A stretch of DNA of 64,000 nucleotides from contig JBGPHT010000015.1 of the NCBI GenBank assembly GCA_041484525.1, positions 7,307 through 71,306 on the forward strand, given 5' to 3'. Below are positions 53,675 through 62,438 of this stretch, one piece after another (the first letter of the stretch is position 1; each line of letters begins with the position of its first letter). A model generated the notes under the pieces. It ran no database searches and was not told the DNA's origin. It saw only the letters and a list, made by a program, of their open reading frames with translations. A program made the position numbers and the translations under genes. The stretch comes from Bryobacteraceae bacterium (GTDB lineage: Bacteria; Acidobacteriota; Terriglobia; Bryobacterales; Bryobacteraceae).

Positions 53675-53956
53675 ATGAGAAACGCCCAGCGATCGACAGA
53701 AAACGAATGGCAGCTACAGGAGGCTAAGGCCCGATTCAGCGAAGTCTTCACCCTCGCCCGCTCGCGCGGCCCCCAACGCGTCACGCGGCACGGCAAGGAG
53801 GCCGTCGTCATCCTTCCCGCCGAGGAGTTCGAGCGCCTGACAGATCGCAGCCGGCAGCCTGGCAGCCTGGTCGAGTTCTTCTCCGCCTCGCCCCTCTCCC
53901 GGTCCGGTATCCGGCTCGATCGTAAGCCCGATTTCGGGCGGAAGGTGTCCCTCTGA
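53675..53956 (+). CDS. Phd/YefM-family antitoxin
   Basis: WQLQEAKARFSEVFTLARSRGPQRVTRHGKEAVVILPAEEFERL is the typical Phd/YefM N-domain pattern. Its stop is 1 nt before the vapC start. Confidence 0.75.
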   Translation: MRNAQRSTENEWQLQEAKARFSEVFTLARSRGPQRVTRHGKEAVVILPAEEFERLTDRSRQPGSLVEFFSASPLSRSGIRLDRKPDFGRKVSL

Positions 53957-53957
53957 G

Positions 53958-54395
53958 TTGACCGGCTTCCTCTTAGACACGAACGTCATTTCCGAACTGG
54001 TCAAGCCGCGGCCGGATGCGGGTGTCACCGGGTGGATCGAATCGGTCGAGGAAACCCTGTTGTATCTCAGCGTTCTAACCCTGGGAGAAATGCGGAAGGG
54101 CATCGCAGGTTTGCGCAGCGGCCGCCGGCGCGCCGACCTCGAAGCGTGGCTCGAGGGTTCGTTGCGCGCCCGATTCTCCGGGCGCACCCTCCCCGTGAAT
54201 GATGCGGTGGCCGATCGCTGGGGCCAGATCATGGCTGTCGCCGATGCGCGCGGCGCACGTATGCCGGTAATCGACGGCCTGTTCGCCGCTACCGCACTGC
54301 ATCACAACCTCACGCTCGTCACGCGCAACGTAGCCGATGTGGAAGCCAGCGGCGCGTCCGTCTTCAACCCGTGGACATCCACGCGCCGGCGCTAG
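53958..54395 (+). CDS. vapC: PIN-domain ribonuclease toxin VapC
   Basis: FLLDTNVISELVKPRP holds the first PIN acidic residue. LVTRNVADVE lies near the C-terminus. The start is TTG 53958. Confidence 0.85.
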   Translation: MTGFLLDTNVISELVKPRPDAGVTGWIESVEETLLYLSVLTLGEMRKGIAGLRSGRRRADLEAWLEGSLRARFSGRTLPVNDAVADRWGQIMAVADARGARMPVIDGLFAATALHHNLTLVTRNVADVEASGASVFNPWTSTRRR

Positions 54396-54586
54396 GCCGG
54401 GCGTCCCAGGTGCATGCCCGCGCCCACTAAGCAACGAATGGGCCCTCGGCCCACTAAAGGTGATGAAGACGCGATCGGCCGGTATCGTGGAGTCGATGAC
54501 TTGTGGTGCGTCTTTAGCGGAGCGGCTGCTCGTTGCAACCGCACTACCAATTGCTGCCGCGCGCGGCTCTGTTAAATTGAAGACAG

Positions 54587-56221
54587 GTGCGCGTCTCCCT
54601 CCTCCAAATCAACCCGACCGCCGGTGACCTCAACGGCAACGCCGCACTTATCATCCGCGCCGCGCGTGTCGCCCAGTCCCAAGGCGCCGATCTCGCCTTC
54701 ACGTCCGAGTTGGCCCTCATGGGATACCTGCCGCGCGACCTTCTGATGAGCCAGGGCTTCATTCGCCGTAGCTGCGAAATGCTGGCGCGCCTTGCAACCG
54801 AGCTCAAGGATGCGCCTCCGCTCCTGGTCGGAGTAGCTACGCCCAATCCCGCTGAAGTCGGCCGACCTCTCTTCAACAGCGCCGTCCTGCTCGACCGCGG
54901 CCACGTCGGACAGGCATTCCACAAGACCCTGCTCCCCACCTATGACGTCTTCGATGAGGACCGTTACTTCGAGCCCGCGCCACCCCAGCCGCTTCTCGAT
55001 CTGAACGGCTGCCGCCTCGGCATCAGCATCTGCGAAGACGTCTGGAACGATCGCGATTTCTGGAAGCGGCGCCGCTATCACCAGGACCCCATCCAGGGGT
55101 TGGTCGAATCCGGCGCCCAGGCGATCCTCAACCTTTCCGCCTCGCCCTTCAACGCCGGCAAGCAGCTTCTGCGCGAGCAGATGCTGGCGCACATGGCCCG
55201 CAAGTACAGCGTGCCCGTCGTCATCGTCAACCAGGTGGGCGGCAACGACGACCTCATCTTCGATGGCCGCAGCGCCGCCTTCGATGCTTCCGGGCGCCTC
55301 TTCGCGCGCGCCAAAGGCTTCGACGAAGACGTCATCACGGTCGATCTCGCCACCTGCACCGGCTCTATCGCGCCCGACGATTTCGAGCCCGAAGCCGAGA
55401 TCTGGCATGCCCTCGTGCTAGGCGTCCGCGACTACGCCCGCAAGACCGGTTTCCGCGACGTGCTGCTGGGACTATCCGGCGGCGTCGATTCCGCGCTGAC
55501 CGCCGCCATCGCCGCCGATGCCCTGGGCCCGGAACACGTGCTCGGTGTGATGATGCCCTCCCGCTACTCGAGCCCTGGGAGCGTGGACGATTCCGTCGCG
55601 CTGGCGCGCAACCTCGGCGTCCGCACTCTGACGCTGCCCATCAGCGACATCATGTCGACCTATGATGCCGTCCTCGCCGATGCCTTTCGCGGACTCGCGC
55701 CCGACGTCACCGAGGAGAACATACAGTCGCGCATCCGCGGCAACCTCCTGATGGCGCTTTCGAACAAGCACGGATCGCTGCTCCTCACCACCGGCAACAA
55801 GTCGGAGATGTCGGTCGGATATTGCACTCTCTACGGCGATATGAACGGCGGCCTGGCGGTGATTGCGGACCTGCCGAAGATGATGGTGTACCGCGTGTCG
55901 CGCTGGCGCAACTGCCGCCGGCCGGACATCCCGGAAGCCATCCTGACCAAGGCGCCGTCGGCCGAACTGCGGCCCGGCCAGACCGATCGGGACAGCCTCC
56001 CGCCTTACGAGCTGCTGGATCAGATTCTCGAGTTGCACGTCGAGCAGTGCCGGTCGGCCGAGGAAATTATCGCCCAGGGTTTCGACGAGCCGACCGTGCG
56101 CCGCGTGCTGCGTCTGGTCCGCATGGCGGAGTTCAAACGCAAGCAGGCCGCGCCGGTTTTGAAGGTGACTTCGCGCGCGTTCGGCACCGGCTGGCGCATG
56201 CCCATCGTCCGCCAGGAATAA
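54587..56221 (+). CDS. nadE: Glutamine-dependent NAD+ synthetase
   Basis: The N-terminal CN-hydrolase domain has GISICEDVW, with the catalytic Cys. The C-terminal domain has LGLSGGVDSALTAA (PP-loop). The start is GTG 54587. Confidence 0.9.
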   Translation: MRVSLLQINPTAGDLNGNAALIIRAARVAQSQGADLAFTSELALMGYLPRDLLMSQGFIRRSCEMLARLATELKDAPPLLVGVATPNPAEVGRPLFNSAVLLDRGHVGQAFHKTLLPTYDVFDEDRYFEPAPPQPLLDLNGCRLGISICEDVWNDRDFWKRRRYHQDPIQGLVESGAQAILNLSASPFNAGKQLLREQMLAHMARKYSVPVVIVNQVGGNDDLIFDGRSAAFDASGRLFARAKGFDEDVITVDLATCTGSIAPDDFEPEAEIWHALVLGVRDYARKTGFRDVLLGLSGGVDSALTAAIAADALGPEHVLGVMMPSRYSSPGSVDDSVALARNLGVRTLTLPISDIMSTYDAVLADAFRGLAPDVTEENIQSRIRGNLLMALSNKHGSLLLTTGNKSEMSVGYCTLYGDMNGGLAVIADLPKMMVYRVSRWRNCRRPDIPEAILTKAPSAELRPGQTDRDSLPPYELLDQILELHVEQCRSAEEIIAQGFDEPTVRRVLRLVRMAEFKRKQAAPVLKVTSRAFGTGWRMPIVRQE

Positions 56222-56335
56222 GATTCGTCTGGTATTGCCCATTCCACCAACCCCGTGAGCCAAAACGTAATAATGCCGCCGGGCAATGCGGGTATAATGT
56301 GAAGCTGACGTCGCTTTTCCTCCGGTTCCTTTTGG

Positions 56336-57727
56336 ATGGTCCGTTTATTTCGAGTTTTTGTACCGATCGGCACACTCACCCTGCTGGTCTCCGAGATCCT
56401 GCTGGTGACCGCGGCCTTCGTGCTTGCGACGTATCTGGCGCTCGACGTCGACCCCACCGGTTACCTCCTGTATGACGGCGGCTTGGTCAACATCGTCCTG
56501 GTGCTTCTCAGCATCCTGATCGGTCTGCATTTTCACGATCTGTATACCGACATTTTCATCGAATCGCGCATCGTCCTGATGCAGCAGCTCTGTCTCGTCA
56601 CCGGCGTCGCCTTCCTGATGCAGGGCCTGATCAGTTACATCAGTCCCGCCAATCGCATGCCGATCCGAGTCATGCTGGTGGGCAGCCTGATCGCGGTGAT
56701 CGCGATTTATTGCTGGCGCGTTTTCTTCAGCGCCTACGCCCTCAAGGTCGTGGGCCGCGACCGCCTGCTTCTGGTCGGCGGCAGCGCCATGCTGGTGGAT
56801 ATCGGGCGGCACATCGTGGAGACCCCGGCCACCGGCCTGGTCGTGACCGGTTATGTGGATGATGAGCACGAGCCGGGTACGCAGCTCCCCGGCGGCAAAC
56901 TGCTCGGCCCCATGTCCGCCCTCCGCGAGATCGTCACCGCTACAAGGCCCAACCGCATCGTGGTGGGTATGTTCGAGCGGCGCAATCGCATGCCCGTCGC
57001 CGAACTGCTCGAGATGCGATTCGCCGGGCACATCATCGAAGAGGCCGCCAGCGCCTACGAACGCGTCTGCGGCCGGGTGTGCGTCAAGGAACTCCGTCCG
57101 TCGCAGCTCATCTATTCGGGCGAGCTCGGACCGCGCCGCGAGAGCCTGTTATACCAGACGATTTCGAACCTGGTGGTGGCGTGCATCGGCATCATCGTCA
57201 CGTTTCCCCTGATGCTGCTCACCGCGTTGGCGGTACGGCTCTCCTCGCCCGGCCCGGTTCTCTACCGGCAGGTACGCGTCGGCATGGACGGGGTGCCGTT
57301 CACCGTGGTCAAATTTCGCTCTATGTATGCGGATGCGGAAGCCAATACCGGAGCCGTCTGGGCCACCAAGGACGACCCGCGCGCCACGCCTGTAGGCCGC
57401 GTCATCCGCCGCATCCGCCTCGACGAATTGCCGCAACTTTTCAACGTTCTGAAAGGCGACATGTCGATCGTGGGCCCGCGCCCGGAGCGCCCGGAATTCG
57501 TTAAAGCCCTCTCTGAGCAGGTTCCCTACTACCGCCAGCGCCACTGTGTGCGCCCCGGTATCACCGGCTGGGCGCAGATCAACTACAAGTACGGCGACAC
57601 CCTGGAAGATACGATCACCAAGCTCGAATACGACCTTTACTACATCAAGAACATGTCGCTCGGTCTCGACGCTTACGTCATCTTCCACACCATCAAGACC
57701 ATGCTGCAAACGCGCGGCGCGCAGTAG
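56336..57727 (+). CDS. Polyprenyl-phosphate glycosyl-1-phosphate transferase (bacterial sugar transferase, EpsB/WbaP-like)
   Basis: An N-terminal 4-5 TM bundle, then PGPVLYRQVRVGMDGVPFTVVKFRSM and RLDELPQLFNVLKGDMSIVGPRPERP. Confidence 0.9.
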   Translation: MVRLFRVFVPIGTLTLLVSEILLVTAAFVLATYLALDVDPTGYLLYDGGLVNIVLVLLSILIGLHFHDLYTDIFIESRIVLMQQLCLVTGVAFLMQGLISYISPANRMPIRVMLVGSLIAVIAIYCWRVFFSAYALKVVGRDRLLLVGGSAMLVDIGRHIVETPATGLVVTGYVDDEHEPGTQLPGGKLLGPMSALREIVTATRPNRIVVGMFERRNRMPVAELLEMRFAGHIIEEAASAYERVCGRVCVKELRPSQLIYSGELGPRRESLLYQTISNLVVACIGIIVTFPLMLLTALAVRLSSPGPVLYRQVRVGMDGVPFTVVKFRSMYADAEANTGAVWATKDDPRATPVGRVIRRIRLDELPQLFNVLKGDMSIVGPRPERPEFVKALSEQVPYYRQRHCVRPGITGWAQINYKYGDTLEDTITKLEYDLYYIKNMSLGLDAYVIFHTIKTMLQTRGAQ

Positions 57728-57731
57728 GCAG

Positions 57732-58877
57732 CTACCCGACGAATTCCTCCACTGCAGCGATCACCGCGTTCCTCTCCGCCTCACTCATCTCGGGAAACAC
57801 CGGCAGGCTGATCGCCTCCCGCGCCAGCCGCTCCGCCACCGGGAGCGCCGGAAAAGGTCCGAGCCCGCGGAAGCACTGCTGTTCATGCAGCGGCAGCGGA
57901 TAGTACACCTCCGAAGCGATACCGCGCTCCGCCAAAAACTTCCGCAGGGCATCCCGTGGCGATTCCCTTCCCTTCCATCCGTCACCCGCTCGAATCCGCA
58001 GCGTGTATTGGTGGACGATGTGGGTCCGGTCCGCGTGCGTCACCGGCGTCACCACCTCCACCGCCCCGTTGCCCTTCAGTCCGCCGAAAGCGCGATTGTA
58101 CTCGCAAGCGTGCCGCTGCCGTTTCGCCGTGTACTCCGGCAGATGCGGCAGCTTCACCCCGAGCAGCGCCGCCTGTAGCGCGTCCAGCCGGAAATTCCCG
58201 CCCACCGTCTCGTGGAAATACCGCGCATGCGCGCCATGGCTGCGGAGCAACCTCGCTTTATCCGCCAGCGCCGGGTCGTTGGTCACCAGCAGGCCCGCAT
58301 CCCCCAGCGCACCCAGATTCTTCGTCGGGAAAAAACTGATGGTGGCGAAATCACCGAATGAGCCCACCGGCCGCCCCCGATATTGGGCGCCAAACGCCTG
58401 GGCAGCATCTTCGATCGTCGCGATCCCGCGCCGCCTGGCCAGCTCGAGAATGGGGTCCAGGTCGGCCGCCTGCCCGTACAGGTGCACCGGAACAATCGCC
58501 TTCGTGCGCCCGCTGATTAGCCGTTCAACACCTTCTGGATCGATGTTGAAACACTCCGCGCAGGAGTCCGCAAACACCGGCTTCGCCCCTAACCTGGCCA
58601 CACATCCGGCCGTAGCGAAAAAGGTGAATGAGGGACAGATGACCTCGTCGCCCGGGCCGATCCCCAATGCCATGAGGGCGCACAAGACTGCATCCGTGCC
58701 CGACGACATCCCGATGCCGAAGCGCGCGCCCGCCACCGCCGCGGCCGCCGATTCGAACTCCTCCACTTCCCTGCCCAGGATGAACTGGCCGGACTCGAGG
58801 ACGCGCCGGAACGCTGCCGTCAATTCAGCTTCGAGCGGTAGATTCTCCCGCCGCACATCCAGCAAAGGAACCTTCAT
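57732..58877 (-). CDS. DegT/DnrJ/EryC1/StrS-family PLP aminotransferase
   Basis: MKVPLLDVRRENLPLEAEL..., FILGREVEEFE and FFPTKNLGALGDAG (with the PLP Lys). The start is at 58877, with an ATGA overlap onto the upstream gene stop. Confidence 0.9.
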   Translation of the reverse strand: MKVPLLDVRRENLPLEAELTAAFRRVLESGQFILGREVEEFESAAAAVAGARFGIGMSSGTDAVLCALMALGIGPGDEVICPSFTFFATAGCVARLGAKPVFADSCAECFNIDPEGVERLISGRTKAIVPVHLYGQAADLDPILELARRRGIATIEDAAQAFGAQYRGRPVGSFGDFATISFFPTKNLGALGDAGLLVTNDPALADKARLLRSHGAHARYFHETVGGNFRLDALQAALLGVKLPHLPEYTAKRQRHACEYNRAFGGLKGNGAVEVVTPVTHADRTHIVHQYTLRIRAGDGWKGRESPRDALRKFLAERGIASEVYYPLPLHEQQCFRGLGPFPALPVAERLAREAISLPVFPEMSEAERNAVIAAVEEFVG

Positions 58878-60055
58878 GGCGTCTCCAGGGATTGCAGCAC
58901 CTGCCGCGCCTCCGCGCGCTCCGCCTCCGGCCGCGCCGGATCGCCCGCCACCTGTTTCCAATAGTCGTGGGTCTCTTGCCAGCGGCGCCGCTCCTCTTCC
59001 ACCTGCTTGCGCAGCAGTTCGCGCGCCGAAAGGTGTCCGCCATTTTCGAAGTGCCGCGGCACCGCCGTCAGCACAAACCCGACCGGATTTTGAATGTGGC
59101 GCGCCCACTGCAGCTTGACCCCGACGAAATAAGCGATCTCTTCGATGGTCGAATCCCCCGCCCTTCTGCGGCATGCTTCGAGCAGTTGGAGCAGCGCGCC
59201 GTCGTCGACAAAACCTAGCTGCCTTTCGAGAAGCTTTCGCAACGCCGCCACTTCCGACGATGACGCTGTTCTGCCTTCAGGATTATGCTCTATCTTTTGT
59301 GTGGTCTGCCTGACTACTGTGGTCTGGTTCGCAACGGCGCCAGTTGGTGTAGCCCCAGCCGCCTCAGTGGTCGCGGCTGAAGTGTCATCAGTGGTCTGGT
59401 CCGAAGTGACTACTGTAGTCAGGTTCAGCCGTGGATCGGGCAACGGATGCGCGTACAGAAAACCGGGTCCGATCTTGACCGCGTGCAAGCGTCCCTTCCG
59501 CGCCTGACGGTCGAGCACTCCCCGATAGCTGAAAACCCGGTAGACCGTGGAACTGCGGGTATAGATATCGGCCGGCCGTTCGATCATGATAAAGTCCTTC
59601 TCGATCAGGCGGTCGATGATGCGCTGGATGGTCTTCTTCGAAAGACGGGTGCGCTTCATCAGGTAGTCGTATCCAGCCTGCACAATCCGCGCGTCACCGC
59701 CAGTCTCGTCCCGCTCCGCTCCCCGGGTCGCCCAGAGCGTGTCGTACACCGATTCCTCTGCCGTATTCAAGACATCCTGCGCCAGCCGGATCCGCTTCAC
59801 CCGCGACCCCGGTACCAGTTCGCCGCCTTCCGTGATCCAGATGGAAGGCGCAGGGCCGGACCTGACTACAGTAGCCGGGTTACTCACGACCACTGTGGGC
59901 GTCTCTACTACTGTTGCCACTTCAAACTCGTCTACAGTGGCCGGCTCGGCTACTGTGGTCATGTCAGATTCGACCACAGTATTCTGAAATGACTCGACTA
60001 CAGTGGTCACTTCCGCCAACACATTGTTACTTAACAGGATATTACAGGATATCAA
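58874..60055 (-). CDS. Winged-helix (Rep/regulator-like) protein with T-T-V-V low-complexity arrays
   Basis: The central segment YDYLMKRTRLSKKTIQRIIDRLIEKDFIMIERP...VYRVF is a wHTH-like module. It is flanked by TTVV-type repeats. The C-terminal part has IEEIAYFVGVKLQWARHIQNPVGFVLTAVP. An alternative start is at 59962. Confidence 0.55.
   Translation of the reverse strand: MISCNILLSNNVLAEVTTVVESFQNTVVESDMTTVAEPATVDEFEVATVVETPTVVVSNPATVVRSGPAPSIWITEGGELVPGSRVKRIRLAQDVLNTAEESVYDTLWATRGAERDETGGDARIVQAGYDYLMKRTRLSKKTIQRIIDRLIEKDFIMIERPADIYTRSSTVYRVFSYRGVLDRQARKGRLHAVKIGPGFLYAHPLPDPRLNLTTVVTSDQTTDDTSAATTEAAGATPTGAVANQTTVVRQTTQKIEHNPEGRTASSSEVAALRKLLERQLGFVDDGALLQLLEACRRRAGDSTIEEIAYFVGVKLQWARHIQNPVGFVLTAVPRHFENGGHLSARELLRKQVEEERRRWQETHDYWKQVAGDPARPEAERAEARQVLQSLETP
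59298..59425. repeat. Cluster of CTACTGT[GA]GT / CAGTGGTC motif copies (2 full plus 3 partial)
   Basis: gactactgtggtc (59312-), cctcagtggtc, catcagtggtc, gactactgtagtc (59408-) and gtgtggtctg (59299-). Confidence 0.6.
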
Positions 60056-60145
60056 CAGCGCTCGTCAGGCTTCCAGGGCGTCCATCTAGCTTCCTGGCTA
60101 CTGTGGGCAAGTCAGACATGTCCACAGTAGGCTCTTCCGGATCTT
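59870..60145. repeat. Cluster of 9 copies of C[CT]AC[AT]GT[GA]G in both orientations, spanning the 5' end and upstream region of the wHTH gene (iteron/centromere-like)
   Basis: In order: ctacagtagc, ccactgtggg, ctactgttgc, ctacagtggc, ctactgtggt, ccacagtatt, ctacagtggt, ctactgtggg, ccacagtagg. A tandem ACAGGATAT x2 lies at 60043-60061 around the annotated start. Confidence 0.65.
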
Positions 60146-60258
60146 CCGGCGCCAGCGGCGGGGGAGCGTTCACCAGATGGGAACCGACACCACTACCCAC
60201 GGCTGGCGTTAAGATCAGATCCTCCAGCTCGCTAGGGTCGAACGCCGGTTGCGTCTTA

Positions 60259-60699
60259 CTAGACCGCGATACTCTCGCCATGCTGCGCTTCGATTTGCGC
60301 CGTCGGTGGCGCCGTCTTCACGCCTAACAAGTTCAATAATGAGGTTGTCGCCGCGTCGTAATCCTCGAGCGCCTTCGCCTTCGGATCCACGTCCACGATC
60401 ATCTTGTGCAGCCGCGCCGATTTGCCGATCGCCTGGTCCGTTCGAATGGCCTCCACCACCGGAATCTTGTAGGTGTCGCTCAACTGGCTGATCATCTTCA
60501 TTACTGCATCCGTCAAACCATACCGCCGATTCACGATTGCTGGCAGCAGGGCAACCGGCCGGATCGGAGTCCGGACGCTGTCGCCGATCGTCTGCGCCGA
60601 AAAGATGGTCGCGCCGGCGCCTGAAACGCTTAGGGTGTCCATCGAGATCGGGATCAGCACGTTCTGGCAAAACACCATCGAACAAGCCTGGAGCAGGGA
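60259..60699 (-). pseudogene. parA: ParA/Soj-family partition ATPase, C-terminal ~145 aa only (N-terminal Walker A half missing)
   Basis: [24 protein letters not shown]...LLPAIVNRRYGLTDAVMKMISQ...IPVVEAIRTDQAIGKSARLHKMIVDVDPKAKALEDY matches the distal half of ParA. No KGGxGKT motif is present. The upstream part of the track ORF is antisense to the permease fragment. Confidence 0.6.
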
Positions 60700-60711
60700 A
60701 ATGGAGGGCGC

Positions 60712-62387
60712 ACTCCGATGCTGGGGGTCGGCGCCGTGATCCTGGCCGCGGTCAGCCTGGTCCTGCTGATCGCCTGCGCCAATTTGGCGAATCTCCTGCT
60801 GGCCCGCGCGGTAGTGAGGCGCAAGGAAATTGCCGTTCGCCTGGCGGTAGGCGCCTCGCGCCTGCGCCTGATCCGCCAACTTCGGGCCGGCAGGAACTCC
60901 GGGTTCTCGGCCACGTAGGCGCCTCGCGCCTGCGCCTGATCCGCCAACTGCTGACCGAGAGTATGCTGCTGGCGTTGACCGGCGGCGCTCTGGGCCTGGT
61001 GGCCGCCTGGGGAACGCTGCGCAGCCTGTATCCGCTACTGCTGGCGAGGCTCCCGCAGGAAGTGCAATCGCTGCCCCTCAACCTCAATCTGGATGTCCGA
61101 ATTCTGTTCTACTCGCTGCTCCTGTCCTTTGCGACCGGCGCCGCATTCGGCCTGGTTCCGGCGCTTCAGACCTCGAACCTCGATCTCAATTCGTCGCTCA
61201 AAGGAACCGGCGCGTCGTTCGCCGGACGCTCGGGCGGTTGGCTGCGCGGTTCGCTCATCGCCGCCCAGATCGCGGTCTGCCTGGTCCTGTTGATCGCCGC
61301 CGGACTGCTGGTGCGGGGCCTTCAGGCCGCACAGACGATCGACCCGGGATTCGAAATGAAAGACATCGCGGCGGCGAGTTTCGATCTGAGACTCGAAGGC
61401 TACGACCAGCCACGAGCCGCCGCGTTCAATCGCCAACTCGCCGACCGGCTGGCAACGCACGCCGGTATCGATGAGGTGGGTTTCGTGGACTCCGTGCCCT
61501 TGAGCGGCTCGCGGCGCGGAACCATGGGCACGGTGGCCGGCCGGGACGAGAAATTCCAAATCACCGACGCCCGCGTTTCCGCCAACTACTTTCAGCTTCT
61601 CGGAATTCCGGTTGTGCGCGGCCGCGCGTTCGAGCCGGGCGAGACCACCGGCGACGGACGCAGCATCATCCTCAGCCAATCCGCCGCGCGGCGTTTGTGG
61701 CCGGGCGAAGATCCCATTGGAAAGCGCCTGCTGTTCGACGACGGGAAAACTGCAACCGAAGTCGTGGGCGTGGTGAAGGACATCCGCGCTTCCAGCCTTT
61801 CGGCCGTCGATCCTATCTTCCTCTACCATCCGGCGGGACCGAAGTCGCAGGTGGGCCTTTCCATTCTGGTGCGCGGCAAAGCCGGATACGCCGCCATCGC
61901 CAAATCCATCCGCGATGAGACGCGCGCGCTCGATCCGAACGTTCTGGTGCAGTCCCACCGCCTGGAAGACAATCTCGACCTGTGGCAACTCCCCTCGCGG
62001 ATTCTGTCGATGCTGGCGCTGGCTCTGGGGATCGCCGGGTTGATCCTGGCATCGATCGGCATCTACGGCGTGATGGCCTACGCCGTGACCCAGCGGACGA
62101 AGGAGATCGGGATTCGGATGACGATGGGCGCGCAGCGGCGCGACGTGGTGCGGCTCATTCTGGGGCAGGCGATGCGTCCGGTCGCCATCGGGATCGCGCT
62201 CGGCCTGGCGGGCAGCGCCGCCGTCTCCGGCATCCTTTCGAGTCTGCTCTACGGCTTGAACCGGCTCGACCCGGCGGTCTTCGGAGGCGTGTCACTTTTC
62301 CTTGCAGCCATCGCGCTGCTGGCCGGCTATGTCCCCGCGCAACGAGCGACACGCGTCGATCCGATGACGGCCTTGCGCCACGACTAG
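60712..62387 (+). pseudogene. ADOP/FtsX-type permease, 5'-truncated and frameshifted by a 68-bp duplication
   Basis: [54 protein letters not shown] is in one frame (ORF 60718..60918). It continues after the duplication as [28 protein letters not shown]... in another frame, to stop 62387. The N-terminal MacB-like domain is absent. Confidence 0.7.
60847..60949 (+). repeat. 35-bp perfect direct repeat (60847-60881 and 60915-60949) separated by 33 bp
   Basis: GTAGGCGCCTCGCGCCTGCGCCTGATCCGCCAACT occurs twice. The unit offset of 68 bp is not a multiple of 3 and breaks the permease frame. Confidence 0.9.
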
Positions 62388-62438
62388 GGATTGGTCGCCC
62401 GCCTGCCAAGGAGCGGTACCTTAAGTCATAGGCGCGCC

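Larger units (their letters stand above)
58878..60700. mobile_element. Remnant of a plasmid/integrative-element maintenance module (truncated parA, small ORF, wHTH Rep-like gene, motif arrays)
   Basis: GC is lower (about 43-52% on two sampled lines, against about 65% in the flanks). The parA lacks its Walker A half, and the segment abuts a truncated permease. The left boundary is not defined. Confidence 0.4.

Noticed and set aside
60042-60281. 79-aa ORF overlapping the parA stop, considered as a ParG/ParB-like centromere-binding protein
   Set aside because: It is Pro/Glu-rich and low-complexity, with no RHH or HTH pattern. Part of it simply translates the CTAC[AT]GTGG motif copies. I kept it only as a note within the parA/wHTH finding.
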